From Thermoanaerobaculia bacterium (lineage in GTDB: Bacteria > Acidobacteriota > Thermoanaerobaculia > Multivoradales > UBA5704): a DNA stretch of 64,000 nucleotides. This document shows, one piece after another, positions 1 through 10,602 of the stretch. Each line of letters begins with the position of its first letter. Within the stretch, counting starts at the first letter, position 1. Location of the stretch: contig DASVAS010000040.1 of NCBI GenBank assembly GCA_036376245.1, positions 64,293 to 128,292 on the forward strand. The letters run 5' to 3'. Made by a program: the position numbers and the translations under genes. The notes beneath the pieces were generated by a model that had not been told where the DNA came from, did no database searches, and was given only the letters and a program-made list of their open reading frames with translations.

Positions 1-150
1 GCAGTTCCGCGGCAAGGCCCTGGGGCCCGACCTGCAGCTCAAGCGCGACATCCGGCCGGTCACCGGGGCCACGCTGACGGCCCGGGCCACCACCGACGCG
101 GTCCGCCGGGTGCTGGCCCTGCACCAGGTCGTCGCCGGAAAGGGCAAGCC

Positions 151-741
151 ATGAGCCTTTTCGAGAGATTGATGCTCCACGGCTCGAACCTCCTGGTGGG
201 GGGGACGGGCCTGGTCTACGCCTGGATGATCTACCTCGCGCGGCCCGCCGATCCCTACGCGCTGGTCAACCATCCCTGGCAGCCCCACGCTCAGCACCTG
301 CACGTGCTGTTCGCGCCGCTGGTGGTCTTCGCCGCCGGCCTGGTCTGGCGCCGGCACATCTGGGCTCATTTCCGCCGAGGGGTGCGGGGCCGGCGGCGGA
401 GCGGCCTCTCGCTCCTCCTGACCCTGGTGCCGATGGTGGTTTCGGGCTATCTCATCCAGACCGCGGTGGACGGCGGGTGGCGGAAGATCTGGGTGGGCGT
501 CCACCTCGCGGCCTCGGCGATGTGGCTGCTGGCCTACCTGGGGCACCAGGTGCCGGTGCTGCTCTCGCGGTCGCGGCGGCGGCTACCTCCGGTCGCGGCT
601 GACGTCGGACCAGCGGTAGTCCACGTGGAGCGGCGCGCCGGCGCCGGTGCCCAGGAACCAGAGCACGGAAGGCCGGGGGCGCAGGGAGCCCAGGCGGAGC
701 TGGCCCTCGCGGGGGCCGAAGATCAGCATCGACGCCGCTAA
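151..741 (+). CDS. hypothetical integral membrane protein (multi-TM); 3' end uncertain, the ORF tail overlaps the convergent ApbE gene and looks like non-coding read-through
   Basis: ORF track 196 aa; N-terminal 140 aa has hydrophobic TM-like segments (LVGGTGLVYAWMIYL, VVFAAGLVW, LLLTLVPMVVSGYLI), C-terminal 50 aa is Arg/Ala junk. Confidence 0.4.
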   Translation: MSLFERLMLHGSNLLVGGTGLVYAWMIYLARPADPYALVNHPWQPHAQHLHVLFAPLVVFAAGLVWRRHIWAHFRRGVRGRRRSGLSLLLTLVPMVVSGYLIQTAVDGGWRKIWVGVHLAASAMWLLAYLGHQVPVLLSRSRRRLPPVAADVGPAVVHVERRAGAGAQEPEHGRPGAQGAQAELALAGAEDQHRRR

Positions 742-1581
742 TCCCTGGGCGTCCGCGGCCAGATCGGTGACCGTGATGACGGTCAGCACGCCCTGCGCGG
801 GCCGGCCGCTCCTCAGATTGAGGTAGGCGGCGCGCCCCGCGGTCCCTTGAGGATGGTCCGACTGCGCCGCCACCGCCAGCGAGCGGTCGCGCAGGTGGAC
901 CTGACCGGGCGGCTCCTCCAGGCCCGGCACCTCCGGCAGCCGCACCGGCCATCCCTTGCCGGCGGGACCCGGTCCGATGGCCCGGTAGACTCCGCCGACG
1001 CGGACGAATCCATTGCTCACTCCCTGCTGGCGCAGGATCTCGACCGCCCGGTCCACCGCGGCGCCTTCCGCGAACCCCCAGAGGTCCAGGCCCGCTCCCG
1101 CCCCCAGCGCCACGGTGCCCTTGGTCTTGTCGAGAGCGAGGAGCCCGCAGGCCGCCAGGGGCCTCGCCTCGTCCACGCGCTCCGGCGCGGGCGGCTCCGG
1201 GACCTCGGCGCGCAGGCCCCAGAGCGCGTAGAGCCCGCGGCCCAGGGGACCATGGGCCCCCTCGGACCAGAGGCAGAAGTTCCAGGCGCGGTCCAGCGCG
1301 GCGAGCAGGCGGGCGTCGACGGGTTGCGGCCCCTTGCCCGCCGCCGCGTTCAGGGCCGCGAGGCCTCCCTCGGGACGGACCGGGTCCGCCAGCTTCTCCA
1401 TCTCCGCCGCCTCGGAGAAGGCGCGGCGGATGGCCGCCTCGGCAGCCGCGCGCGGGAGGTCCCGGACCTCGACCTCCATGGGTCGGCCGAAGGCCTGACC
1501 GGCCAGGCGGAGCGGCTGGACAGGGGCTTGAGGATCGGCGGGCACGGCCCCCAGGAAGAGAGCGAGCAGCAAGGGAAGCAT
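583..1581 (-). CDS. apbE: ApbE family FAD:protein FMN transferase, exported (signal peptide)
   Basis: 332 aa; N-terminal signal MLPLLLALFLGAVPA; ApbE-like core (LDKTKGTVALGAGAGLDLWGFAEG...VSNGFVRVGGV...AAQSDHP). Confidence 0.7.
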   Translation of the reverse strand: MLPLLLALFLGAVPADPQAPVQPLRLAGQAFGRPMEVEVRDLPRAAAEAAIRRAFSEAAEMEKLADPVRPEGGLAALNAAAGKGPQPVDARLLAALDRAWNFCLWSEGAHGPLGRGLYALWGLRAEVPEPPAPERVDEARPLAACGLLALDKTKGTVALGAGAGLDLWGFAEGAAVDRAVEILRQQGVSNGFVRVGGVYRAIGPGPAGKGWPVRLPEVPGLEEPPGQVHLRDRSLAVAAQSDHPQGTAGRAAYLNLRSGRPAQGVLTVITVTDLAADAQGLAASMLIFGPREGQLRLGSLRPRPSVLWFLGTGAGAPLHVDYRWSDVSRDRR

Positions 1582-1599
1582 GGGAAGGATGATACGGCC

Positions 1600-2250
1600 T
1601 CAGCCGTCCGCGCGCACCAGGAAGCAGTCGAGCACGGCGCGGAAGGCGGCGCGCAGCTCGGCCCCGTCGTAGTCGGCCGGGAAGCTGTTCGCGCGGATGG
1701 CCAGGACCTGGTCGCGCAGCAGGCCCTCGTAGGCGCCCATCATCGCCGACCGGACCGCATGCGGGTGGAGGTCCTGGCGCAGCACGCCCGTCTCCCGCAT
1801 CTGCTTCAGCAGGCCGTCGATGATGCCGAGCACCTGCTGAAACCCTTGCGTCAGCAGCACCATGTGACCGTGCTTCCGGATGCGGCGCCCTTCGAGGAGC
1901 ATCAGGGTCCGCATCTCCCTGTCCTTCTCCAGGCCCGAGATGAAGAGCTCCGTCAACGCCCGCAGCTTGTCGAGCGGCGAGCCGGGACCCTCCTGAACGT
2001 TCCGGACGCCGAACGCCATCTGCTGCCAGGCCTTGTCGAAGATGGCTTCGAGCAGCCCTTCCTTGCTGCCGAAGTGCTTGATGAGCTGGGATTCGCTGGT
2101 GCCCGCCAGGCGGGCGATGGCCGAGGTGGTGGTGTTCTCGTAGCCGTCTTCGGCGAAGAGCCGGCGCCCGGCCTGCAGGATGCGGTCGTGGGAAGACAGC
2201 TCGGAGCGCGTATCGTCCAGGCTGGCCGCTTGAAATTCACCCTTGCCCAT
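1600..2250 (-). CDS. TetR/AcrR family transcriptional regulator
   Basis: 216 aa; HTH signature RILQAGRRLFAEDGYENTTTSAIARLAGTSESQLIKHFGSKEGLL. Confidence 0.85.
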   Translation of the reverse strand: MGKGEFQAASLDDTRSELSSHDRILQAGRRLFAEDGYENTTTSAIARLAGTSESQLIKHFGSKEGLLEAIFDKAWQQMAFGVRNVQEGPGSPLDKLRALTELFISGLEKDREMRTLMLLEGRRIRKHGHMVLLTQGFQQVLGIIDGLLKQMRETGVLRQDLHPHAVRSAMMGAYEGLLRDQVLAIRANSFPADYDGAELRAAFRAVLDCFLVRADG

Positions 2251-2421
2251 AAGCTCAAATATCTTAGTACGGCGATGGCATTAAGCAAAGTGGTAGCACC
2301 ACTATTGACCTGATGTTACAGCCGTGTGATAATCCGGGATAAAGGAACAACAAACTCCTCAATCCCCTCGGGGCCGTTCTTAAGCCTTCCCTCGGCTTTG
2401 ACGGCCCACCTTTTTACTTTC

Positions 2422-3645
2422 TCAGCTCAGGTGAATGCGGGCGAAACGCCGCTTGCCGACCTTGAAGAGATAAGGCTCCGGCCTGGGCGTCAGCTCCAGG
2501 AAGGGGTTGTCGGTCCGCTGGCCGTCGATGGACACCGCCCCCTGCTGGATCAGCCGCCGCGCCTCGCCGTTGCTCGGCGCCAGCTCCGCGGCGGTCAGCA
2601 GCTTGAGGAGGGTCCAGGAGCCCTCCAGGTCCCGCTCCGGCACGTCGTCCGGCACGCCGCCGCCGGCGAAGACGTTCTCGAACTCGGCTTCCGCCTGGAC
2701 CGCGGCCTCCTCGCCGTGGAACTGGGCCGCCAGCCGCCGCGCCAGCTCCTGCTTGACGCCCTTGGGATGGAGCTCCCCCGCTTCGACCCGCCGGCGGCGC
2801 TCCGCGATCTCTGCCTGGGGCAGGTCGGTGAGGAGCAGGTACCAGTCCCACATCAGCGAGTCGGGGATGGACATCGTCTTGCCGTAGATCTCCCGGGCCG
2901 GGTCCTCGACGGCGATGGCGTTGCCCAGGCTCTTGGACATCTTCTCGTGGCCGTCGAGCCCCACCAGCAGGGGCACGGTGAGGACCACCTGCGGCTCCAT
3001 TCCCTCTTCCTTCATCAGGTCCCGGCCCACCAGCAGGTTGAAGATCTGGTCGTGGCCGCCCAGCTCGACGTCGGCCTGGAGGGCGACGGAGTCGTAGGCC
3101 TGCGCCAGCGGGTAGAGCAGCTCGTGAAGGTGGATCGGCCGGCCTTCCTGGAAGCGGGTGCGGAAGTCCTCGCGCTCCATCATGCGGGCCAGCGTGTAGC
3201 GGCCGGCGAGGCGGATCATGCCCTGGGAGCCGAGCTGGCCGAGCCAGCGGTTGTTGTAGTCGACCACCGTCTCCTTCTCATCCAGCACCCGGAAGACCTG
3301 CCGCTGGTAGGTGAGGGAGTTGGCCTGCACCTCCTCCTCGTTGAGCTGCGGCCGGGTGGCCTTCTTGCCGGTCGGGTCGCCGATGCGGGCCGTGAAGTCG
3401 CCGATCAGGAAGACGACCCGGTGGCCGAGCTGCTGGAAATGCCGCATCTTGCGCAGCAGCACGGTGTGGCCGAGGTGGAGGTCGGGGGAGGAGGGATCGA
3501 AGCCGGCCTTGACCGTCAGCGGCTTGCCGGCCTTGCGGGACTTCTCCAGCTTGGCGCGGAGCTGCGCCTCGTCGACGAGATCGACGCTGCCGCGCCGGAG
3601 CAGCTCCATCTGCTCCTCGACCGGGGGGAAGTCTCTTTCGGGCAT
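2422..3645 (-). CDS. tyrS: tyrosine--tRNA ligase
   Basis: 407 aa; class I HIGH motif (DPSSPDLHLGHTV) and KMSKS motif; C-terminal S4-like domain. Confidence 0.9.
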   Translation of the reverse strand: MPERDFPPVEEQMELLRRGSVDLVDEAQLRAKLEKSRKAGKPLTVKAGFDPSSPDLHLGHTVLLRKMRHFQQLGHRVVFLIGDFTARIGDPTGKKATRPQLNEEEVQANSLTYQRQVFRVLDEKETVVDYNNRWLGQLGSQGMIRLAGRYTLARMMEREDFRTRFQEGRPIHLHELLYPLAQAYDSVALQADVELGGHDQIFNLLVGRDLMKEEGMEPQVVLTVPLLVGLDGHEKMSKSLGNAIAVEDPAREIYGKTMSIPDSLMWDWYLLLTDLPQAEIAERRRRVEAGELHPKGVKQELARRLAAQFHGEEAAVQAEAEFENVFAGGGVPDDVPERDLEGSWTLLKLLTAAELAPSNGEARRLIQQGAVSIDGQRTDNPFLELTPRPEPYLFKVGKRRFARIHLS

Positions 3646-4377
3646 CTAGAAGTTGATGTACTCGAGCTCGGGTTTGAACGCGGGGCCCGCCTGCACCCCG
3701 TGGCGCAGGGGCGGCTGCTTGAACTGCAGCACCATGAACGCCCCGAAGACGGCGCCGAACATCTTATACCGGGCCCGGAATCCCTGGATGAGGCCGCGCT
3801 TCTTCTCCTTGACCAGGTGCTTGAGGTTGTACATCACCGTGGTGGTGGTGCGGCACCCGAGCTGGCGGCAGGCCCAGTTGAGGCCGGTCTCGACGGCGAA
3901 GCCCTCCAGGTGGCTGTCCGGCACGGCCTCGAAGATGTTCCGGCGCAGGCAGCGGATGCCCGAGAGCAGCGGGCCGGTGCTGTCCTGGATCGCGTTGATC
4001 ACCCGGCCCCGGTTGCGGATGCCGACGTTCATGTCGGAGCGGCCGGAGAGGACCGGCTCCATGAGGCGGCTCAGCAGGTCGCCCGTGAGATTCGTGATGT
4101 CGCCGTCCACGAAGAGCAGGACGGGGGCGTCGGTGTGCGCGACCCCGACGGCCATCGCCCGCCCCTTGCCCTGGTTCTGGCGCAGGTGGATGGTCCGCAT
4201 CCCCATGCCGCGGGCGATTTCGACGGTACCGTCCGTCGAGCCGTCGGAGACCACGAGGATCTCGTCGATGCCGGGGGTGGACTTCAGGACCGAGAGGACC
4301 TCGGTCAGCGTCGCTTCCTCATTGTACGCGGGCACGATCGCGGCGACGCGAAGGTCTCCTCCAGAGGCTTTCCTCAT
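3646..4377 (-). CDS. family 2 glycosyltransferase (glucosyl-3-phosphoglycerate synthase-like); ORF extends to 4455 but MRKASGG at 4377 is the likelier start
   Basis: VAAIVPAYNEEATLTEVL...ILVVSDGSTDGT: GT2 DXD-type N-terminal motifs. Confidence 0.7.
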   Translation of the reverse strand: MRKASGGDLRVAAIVPAYNEEATLTEVLSVLKSTPGIDEILVVSDGSTDGTVEIARGMGMRTIHLRQNQGKGRAMAVGVAHTDAPVLLFVDGDITNLTGDLLSRLMEPVLSGRSDMNVGIRNRGRVINAIQDSTGPLLSGIRCLRRNIFEAVPDSHLEGFAVETGLNWACRQLGCRTTTTVMYNLKHLVKEKKRGLIQGFRARYKMFGAVFGAFMVLQFKQPPLRHGVQAGPAFKPELEYINF

Positions 4378-4487
4378 CACAGCCCTCCCGCTCTGCCGAC
4401 GTGCAAGATTCCGGCCCGCCCTGGCTTGGGCGGCAGGCGGCGGAAGAATACCCAAACCCCCGCCATTCTGTCATCCAATTCTGTCAT

Positions 4488-5315
4488 CTACTGGAGCCAG
4501 GCCGGCGGGGCGGGGTCCGCCAGGGCTCCCGGAAGCAGCTCGCCCTCCGCCACCACCCGGGCGTCCCCGGCCAGCGACCACAGGTCCCGCGCGGCGTCGC
4601 CGTCCACCTCCAGCGCGAAGCCGCTCTGGGTCTCGACGCGCAGCGGCAGCCGGGCCGCCCCGGTCGCCAGACCGACGGCGGCGCCGGCCAGGACGCCGGT
4701 GCCGCAGGAGAGGGTCTCGTCCTCCACCCCCCTCTCGAACGTACGGATCTGCATACGGTCCTGTTTCGGGAAACGGACGAAGTTGACGTTGGTCCCCGGC
4801 GGCCCGAAAGCCGGGTGCCGCCGGATCTCCCGGCCCAGATCCCGCACGGGCGCGCCCTCCAGGCCCGCCGGCCAGGGCAGCACGTAGTGGGGCACCCCGA
4901 CCACGATGCGGTACCCCTCGCAGGACGCCCCGCCCACCTCCAGGGTCAGCTCCCGCGGCCCCTCCGCCGGAGCCGGCAGGTCGACCGCCACGCGGGAGTC
5001 GTCGATCCAACGGGCCGCGACGACGCCGGCCCCCGTCCGGATGCTCACCGTATCCGTCGCCCATTGGAGGTGGAAGGCGAGCTGGGCGGCGCAGCGGGTG
5101 CCGTTCAGGCAGAGGTCGGCCGGCAAGCCGTCGGCGTTGAAGTACTCCATGGTGGCGCCGCCTTCCGCCCGGCGGAGCACGAACAGGCCGTCCCCCCCGA
5201 CCGAGACGCCGCGCCGGCACCAGGCGCGGATCGTCTCGGGAGAGGGGGGCGGGGAGATCTCCGCCAGGGCCAGGAAGTCGTTGCCGCTGCCGGAGACCTT
5301 GAAGAACCGCGTCAT
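4488..5315 (-). CDS. dapF: diaminopimelate epimerase; upstream part of the 443-aa ORF is spurious
   Basis: [14 protein letters not shown] start with the SGSGNDF motif, second catalytic-Cys region SCGTG; ATGA overlap with the upstream gene at 5312-5315. Confidence 0.85.
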   Translation of the reverse strand: MTRFFKVSGSGNDFLALAEISPPPSPETIRAWCRRGVSVGGDGLFVLRRAEGGATMEYFNADGLPADLCLNGTRCAAQLAFHLQWATDTVSIRTGAGVVAARWIDDSRVAVDLPAPAEGPRELTLEVGGASCEGYRIVVGVPHYVLPWPAGLEGAPVRDLGREIRRHPAFGPPGTNVNFVRFPKQDRMQIRTFERGVEDETLSCGTGVLAGAAVGLATGAARLPLRVETQSGFALEVDGDAARDLWSLAGDARVVAEGELLPGALADPAPPAWLQ

Positions 5316-6367
5316 GGCGCCGCGGCGCGGACCTCGGCGGGACCGCTCTCGTTGCCGGCCGAATCCACCGCCGTCACCCGGTAGGTGTAGGCCCGCCCCG
5401 AGGCGACCCCGGTGTCGGTGTATTCCGGGTTTTCCACCGGCTGCGCCGTGACGCGCTCGAACTCGCCGTCGCCGTCGCGCCGGTAGACGACGTATCCGAC
5501 CACGTCTTCCGCTTCGCTGGCCCGCCAGACGAGGCGCACGCGGCCCGCCTCGGCCAGCGCCACCAGCTCGGTGGGCGCCGGCGGCGCGAAGCGGTCCTGG
5601 TAGCGCACCTCGCGCTCGCTGGCGATGGCGCTCTCGATGGGCGGCGCCAGTTGCGACAGGGCCGTCACCGCGTAGATGTAGCTCTGGCCGAACGCCGCCG
5701 AGCTGTCCAGCCAGCTCCGCTCCTGGGCGCCGGTCGTGTGCAGCGGCTTGCCGTGCGCCCGCTCCTGGGCTCCCCGGCGGTAGATGTTGTAGCCGACGGC
5801 TCCCTCGACGCCCGACCACTCCACCTGGATGCCGTCCGCCCGCGCGGTGGTGGTGATCTGCTGCGGCGAGGCCGGCGGCGCCTTCGGCACCACCGAGACC
5901 ACGTTCGACAGCTCGGACGGATCTTCCTCCTTGCCGTAGGTGCGGACGGCGTAGTACCGCGCCTGCGGCGCCGCGCCGGCGGGGGCCGCGGGCAGGGGGA
6001 TCAGGACGTTGATCCGGCTGCCCTCGGTGGCCGCGGTCAGGTCGGCGCCGGCCAGCCGCTGCGTCACCTTGGCGGCGGCGCTGAGCTGCCGGGGGTCCAT
6101 GGGGGCCGCCTTGCCGTCCGAAGACGCCTCGCGGACGACCTCCAGCACCTCGACGGCCGTGACGCCTTCGAGGGCCGCGCCGGCCGGGGTGGTCTGCGGG
6201 TAGCTGAAGCTCAGGAGCAGCCGCGGTCCCTGCTGCACGACCGCGAGGTCCTTCGTCGGCGCCGGCACGGCGCGCAGGGGAGGAACGGGGTCCCCCTGCT
6301 TGCCGCAGCCGAGGGGAGCCAGCGCGGCCGCCATGAGGGCGGCCAGCGCCAATTTTCTATAGGACAT
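5312..6367 (-). CDS. lipoprotein with two fibronectin type III-like domains
   Basis: [21 protein letters not shown] lipobox; FN3-like repeats ([36 protein letters not shown]). Confidence 0.6.
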   Translation of the reverse strand: MSYRKLALAALMAAALAPLGCGKQGDPVPPLRAVPAPTKDLAVVQQGPRLLLSFSYPQTTPAGAALEGVTAVEVLEVVREASSDGKAAPMDPRQLSAAAKVTQRLAGADLTAATEGSRINVLIPLPAAPAGAAPQARYYAVRTYGKEEDPSELSNVVSVVPKAPPASPQQITTTARADGIQVEWSGVEGAVGYNIYRRGAQERAHGKPLHTTGAQERSWLDSSAAFGQSYIYAVTALSQLAPPIESAIASEREVRYQDRFAPPAPTELVALAEAGRVRLVWRASEAEDVVGYVVYRRDGDGEFERVTAQPVENPEYTDTGVASGRAYTYRVTAVDSAGNESGPAEVRAAAP

Positions 6368-7739
6368 AGCGTGAGAGATCCTGGTCCTTGACGATGCCCG
6401 CGAGCACCTGGCGGACATAATCGGCGTCCACCTTCATGGCGACGCCCGACATGTCGGGCGCCTCGAAAGAGACCTCGTCGAGCAGGCGCTCCATGATCGT
6501 CGAGAGCCGCCGCGCGCCGATGTTCTCGGTCGTGGAGTTGACCTCCACGGCCAGGCGGGCGATCTCGGCGATGCCGTCGGGGCTGAACTCGAGCTGCACC
6601 CCCTCGGTGGACAGCAGGGCCGAGTACTGCTTGGTCAGCGCGGTCTCCGGCTCCGTCAGGATGCGCACGAAGTCCTGCTCGGTCAAGGCGTCGAGCTCCA
6701 CCCGGATGGGGAAACGGCCCTGGAGCTCGGGGATGAGGTCCGACGGCTTGCTCACGTGGAACGCGCCGGCGGCGATGAACAGGATGTGGTCGGTCTTGAC
6801 CATTCCATACTTGGTGGAGACGTTGGTCCCCTCGACGATGGGCAGCAGGTCGCGCTGCACGCCCTCGCGCGAGACGTCCGGGCCGCGGCTTCCTTCGCGG
6901 CCGGCGACCTTGTCGATCTCGTCGAGGAAGATCAACCCTCCCTGCTCGACCCGCTCGCGGGCCTCGCGGGAGACCTGGGTGCGGTCGATCAGCTTCTCGG
7001 ACTCCTGCTGCTGCAGGATCTCCCGCGCCTCGGCCACCGTCACCTGCTGCTTCCGCTTGCGGGCGAAGAGGCCGGGGAGCATCTCCTTGATGTTGATGCC
7101 CACCTCCTCGACCCCCTGCGGGGTGAACATCTCGAAACTCGGAGAGGACGAGTCGTCCACCTCGATCTCGACGCGCCGCTGGTCCATGGCGCCGGAGCGG
7201 AGCTTCTCCCGGAACTTCTCGCGGGTCGAGGCCAGCTCGTCCTCGTTGTCCTCCTCGTGGCGCAGGTAGGCGTTGACCGGCCGGGGCGGCACCAGGAGCT
7301 GCAGCAGGCGGTCCTCGGCGCGCGCCGCGGCGGCCTCGCGCACGGCGTCCCGCTTCTCCTCCTTGACCATCGCCACGGCGGTCTCCACCAGGTCGCGCAC
7401 CATCGACTCGACGTCGCGGCCGACGTAGCCGACCTCGGTGAACTTGCTCGCCTCGACTTTCAGGAACGGGGCCCTGGCGAGCTTGGCGAGACGGCGGGCG
7501 ATCTCCGTCTTGCCCACGCCCGTGGGGCCGATCATCAGGATGTTCTTGGGCGCGATCTCGTCGGCGATCTCCGCCGGGAGCTGCTGCCGGCGCCAGCGGT
7601 TGCGCAGCGCGATGGCCACGGCGCGCTTCGCCTGCCGCTGCCCGACCACGAACTTGTCGAGCTCGACGACGATCTGCCGCGGCGTCATGTTGTCGATCAC
7701 AAGACCTGAATGGGTCTCGCCGGGAACCTGAAGGGTCAT
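6357..7739 (-). CDS. hslU: ATP-dependent protease ATPase subunit HslU; alternative start at MTPRQ (7688); upstream 166 aa of the ORF is spurious
   Basis: [17 protein letters not shown]...[15 protein letters not shown] Walker A; strong similarity in pattern to HslU/ClpY. Confidence 0.9.
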   Translation of the reverse strand: MTLQVPGETHSGLVIDNMTPRQIVVELDKFVVGQRQAKRAVAIALRNRWRRQQLPAEIADEIAPKNILMIGPTGVGKTEIARRLAKLARAPFLKVEASKFTEVGYVGRDVESMVRDLVETAVAMVKEEKRDAVREAAAARAEDRLLQLLVPPRPVNAYLRHEEDNEDELASTREKFREKLRSGAMDQRRVEIEVDDSSSPSFEMFTPQGVEEVGINIKEMLPGLFARKRKQQVTVAEAREILQQQESEKLIDRTQVSREARERVEQGGLIFLDEIDKVAGREGSRGPDVSREGVQRDLLPIVEGTNVSTKYGMVKTDHILFIAAGAFHVSKPSDLIPELQGRFPIRVELDALTEQDFVRILTEPETALTKQYSALLSTEGVQLEFSPDGIAEIARLAVEVNSTTENIGARRLSTIMERLLDEVSFEAPDMSGVAMKVDADYVRQVLAGIVKDQDLSRYVL

Positions 7740-7747
7740 GGCTTCTC

Positions 7748-8290
7748 TCAAAGTTCCTCGATGGTGAGGCGGTCGTTGGTGAAGATGCAGATCTCGGAGG
7801 CGATCTTCATCGCCTCGCGCACGATCTCGGGCGCGGAGAGCGAGGTGTGCCGCAGGAGGGCGCGCGCGGCGGAGAGGGCGAAGTTCGCCCCCGAGCCGAT
7901 GGCCAGCACCGGCTCGTCCTCGTCCGGCTGCATCAGCTCGCCCACTCCCGAGACGAAAAAGCTCTTGTCCTTGTCGGTGACGATGATCATGGCCTGCAAC
8001 TGCCGCAGGGCGCGGTCGGTCCGCCAGTCCTTGGCGAGCTCCACCACCGCCCTCTCCAGGTTGCCGCCGAATTCTTCGAGTTTCTCTTCCAGGCGGACGA
8101 ACAGCGCCAGCGCGTCGGCGCCGCCGCCCGCGAACCCCACCAGAACGTTGCCCTTGCCGGCGCGCCGGATCTTCCGGGCGCTGTTCTTCACGATGGTGTT
8201 CTGGTTCATCGTAACCTGCCCGTCGCTGGCCATGCACACCTTGCCATTGCGCCGCACGAGCAGGACGGTCGTCGAACGAAACGTATCCAT
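7748..8290 (-). CDS. hslV: ATP-dependent protease subunit HslV (CodW-like, with short N-terminal propeptide)
   Basis: [27 protein letters not shown]...[13 protein letters not shown]: HslV/ClpQ signature. Confidence 0.9.
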   Translation of the reverse strand: MDTFRSTTVLLVRRNGKVCMASDGQVTMNQNTIVKNSARKIRRAGKGNVLVGFAGGGADALALFVRLEEKLEEFGGNLERAVVELAKDWRTDRALRQLQAMIIVTDKDKSFFVSGVGELMQPDEDEPVLAIGSGANFALSAARALLRHTSLSAPEIVREAMKIASEICIFTNDRLTIEEL

Positions 8291-8328
8291 GGGCCGGGGA
8301 TTGTAACAGCAGGACCGCGAGCCCGGGG

Positions 8329-9255
8329 TCAACCCCGGTCCCGCCTGGCCCGGGGATGGGCGCCGCGGTAGACCGAGAGCAGCCTCTCCACCTCCAGATG
8401 GGTGTATTTCTGGGTGGTGGAGAGCGAGCTGTGGCCCAGCAGCTCCTGGATCGCCCGCAGATCGGCCCCGTTCTCCAGCAGGTGGGTGGCGAAGGTATGC
8501 CGCAGGGTATGGGGGTGCACCCCCCGCGCCACGGACGCCGCGTCCACCCAGCGGTCGATGACCCGCCGTACCGAGCGGTCCGTCAGCCGGCCGCCGAAGC
8601 GGTTGAGGAAGACCGGCTCGCCGTCGCCGTCGTCCACGGCGCCGCGGGCGGTTTCCCAGACCTCCAGCCAGGCCCGTAGCGCCTCCGCCGCCGGCCGGCC
8701 GAAGGGGACCATCCTCTCCTTGCTCCCCTTGCCCATGACGCGCAGCACCCGCGCCGAGAGGTCGATGTCCTGCCAGTCGAGCCCGACCAGCTCGGAGACC
8801 CGCAAGCCGGCGGCGTAGAGGACCTCCAGGATGGCGCGGTCCCGCCGCTCCAGGGGCTGGTCCCCGGAAGGCGCCTCGATCAGGCTCTCGACCTCGCCCG
8901 GCCGCAGATGGCGGGGCAGGGTCTTGGGCGCCTTGGGCGTCTTCACCCCCTGGGCCGGATTGGCCTGGAGGATTCCCTCGCGGCAGGCGTAGCGGAAGAA
9001 GCTCCGCACCGCCGAGAGGGTGCGCCCCTGGCTCTTCTTCGCCAGCCCCTGGCGGGTCATCGCCGCCAGGAAGGAGCGCACGGCCAGCGGGTCCACGTCG
9101 CCGGGTTGGATCTGGTCCGGCTCCTTGCCCAGGAAGTCCCGCGAGAGGAACTCCAGGAACATGGTCAGGTCGTGCTCGTAGGCGCGCAGGGTCTCCGGCG
9201 AGAGCTGGCGCTCCCCCTGGATGTGCTCCAGATAGCGGTGGATCAGCCGGCGCAT
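8329..9255 (-). CDS. xerC: tyrosine recombinase XerC/CodV
   Basis: 308 aa; phage-integrase catalytic region [39 protein letters not shown]; remainder of the 739-aa ORF is out-of-frame overlap with trmFO. Confidence 0.85.
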   Translation of the reverse strand: MRRLIHRYLEHIQGERQLSPETLRAYEHDLTMFLEFLSRDFLGKEPDQIQPGDVDPLAVRSFLAAMTRQGLAKKSQGRTLSAVRSFFRYACREGILQANPAQGVKTPKAPKTLPRHLRPGEVESLIEAPSGDQPLERRDRAILEVLYAAGLRVSELVGLDWQDIDLSARVLRVMGKGSKERMVPFGRPAAEALRAWLEVWETARGAVDDGDGEPVFLNRFGGRLTDRSVRRVIDRWVDAASVARGVHPHTLRHTFATHLLENGADLRAIQELLGHSSLSTTQKYTHLEVERLLSVYRGAHPRARRDRG

Positions 9256-10595
9256 GCCGCCTCGGCCGGGATGGTCGGGATGGCGGCCGGCACGCCGTTG
9301 CGCTCGGCCCAGGCGGCCAGCGCGGCCCAGGCCCGCTCGACGTAGGCGGCCCGGCGGTCCGCCTTGCGGAACCGCTCCCCCAGCTCCTCGAACAGGCCGT
9401 AGTTGATGTTGGCCGGCTGGAAGTGCCGGGGATCGGACTCGGTCAGGTGCCGCGCCAGGGCGCCCAGGGCCGTGGTGGCCGGGAACGGCTCGGGAACGCG
9501 TCCCTGCCGCTCCAGGGCGACGTAGAGGGCGATCGCCAGACCCGTGGCCGCGGATTCGAGGTATCCCTCGACACCCGTGATCTGCCCCGCGAGGCGAACC
9601 CGGGGCTCGGCTTTCACCCGGTAGTGCTTGTCCAGGTGGGTGGGCGCGTTGACGAAGGTGTTGCGGTGGATCTGCCCGAAGCGGACGAACCGTGCCTCCT
9701 CCAGCCCCGGGATCGTCTTCAGCACCCGCTGCTGCTCGCCCCACTTCATGCGCGACTGGAACCCCACCAGGTTGAACTGGCTCTTGGCCAGGTTCTCCTG
9801 CCGGAGCTGCACGACCGCGTACGGCCGCCGCCCGTCCGGAGCGGTCAGTCCCACCGGCTTCATGGGGCCGTAGCGCAGGGTGTCCACGCCGCGCCGGGCC
9901 ATCTCCTCGATGGGCAGACAGCCCTCGAAGAAGACCGCCTTCTCGAACTCGTGCGGCGCCACCACCTCGGCTTCGGTGACGGCCGTGTGGAAGGCGAGGT
10001 ACTCCTCCTTGTTCATGGGGGCGTTGAGGTAATCCTCCCCCTCGCCCTTGCCATAGCGCGACTGCCAGAAGAGCTTCGAGAAGTCGAGGCTGTCCGCCTC
10101 CACGATGGGCGCGATGGCGTCGTAGAAGTAGAGGTACTCGCTCCCCAGGAGCCCCTGGAGCCTGGCGGACATGGCTTCCGAGGTCAGCGGCCCGGTCGCC
10201 AGGACGACCTCGCCGTCCGGGATCTCGGTGACCTCCTCCCGCCGCAGCTCGATCCGGGGGTGCCGGCCGATCGCCTCCGTCACCAGCGCCCCGAAGCGGT
10301 CGCGGTCCAGCGCCAGGGCGCCCCCGGCCGGCACGGACGCCTCGCGGGCCTTGCCGATGATGATCGACCCGAAGGCCTCCATCTCCCGCTTGAGGAGACC
10401 GGCGGCGTGGAACGGATCGTCGCTGCGCAGGGAATTGCTGCAGACCAGCTCCGCGAGATCCCCGGATTTGTGGGCGGGCGTGCCTTTGACCGGCCGCATC
10501 TCGTGCAGGACGACGTCCACGCCGCGCTCGGCGAGCTGCCAGGCGCATTCCGATCCGGCGAGACCGCCGCCGATGATGTGGACGGGGGAAGACAT
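9243..10595 (-). CDS. trmFO: methylenetetrahydrofolate--tRNA-(uracil54-C5)-methyltransferase TrmFO (Gid)
   Basis: MSSPVHIIGGGLAGSECAWQLA FAD-binding GxGxxG; full-length TrmFO-like pattern; trmFO-xerC-hslV-hslU order as in the B. subtilis gid-codV-clpQ-clpY locus. Confidence 0.9.
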   Translation of the reverse strand: MSSPVHIIGGGLAGSECAWQLAERGVDVVLHEMRPVKGTPAHKSGDLAELVCSNSLRSDDPFHAAGLLKREMEAFGSIIIGKAREASVPAGGALALDRDRFGALVTEAIGRHPRIELRREEVTEIPDGEVVLATGPLTSEAMSARLQGLLGSEYLYFYDAIAPIVEADSLDFSKLFWQSRYGKGEGEDYLNAPMNKEEYLAFHTAVTEAEVVAPHEFEKAVFFEGCLPIEEMARRGVDTLRYGPMKPVGLTAPDGRRPYAVVQLRQENLAKSQFNLVGFQSRMKWGEQQRVLKTIPGLEEARFVRFGQIHRNTFVNAPTHLDKHYRVKAEPRVRLAGQITGVEGYLESAATGLAIALYVALERQGRVPEPFPATTALGALARHLTESDPRHFQPANINYGLFEELGERFRKADRRAAYVERAWAALAAWAERNGVPAAIPTIPAEAACAG

Positions 10596-10602
10596 GGCGG
10601 GA

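Noticed and set aside
847-4887. Long + strand ORFs 847..2313 (488 aa) and 2326..4887 (853 aa)
   Set aside because: They are antisense to TetR, tyrS, the GT2 gene and dapF. Their translations are Arg/Gly/Ala/Pro-rich low-complexity sequence typical of spurious ORFs in 70%-GC DNA, and the opposite-strand genes have clear family signatures.
9255-10548. N-terminal 430 aa of the 739-aa ORF 8329..10548
   Set aside because: This part is out-of-frame overlap with trmFO. Only the C-terminal 308 aa (XerC) is real, with its own Met at 9255.
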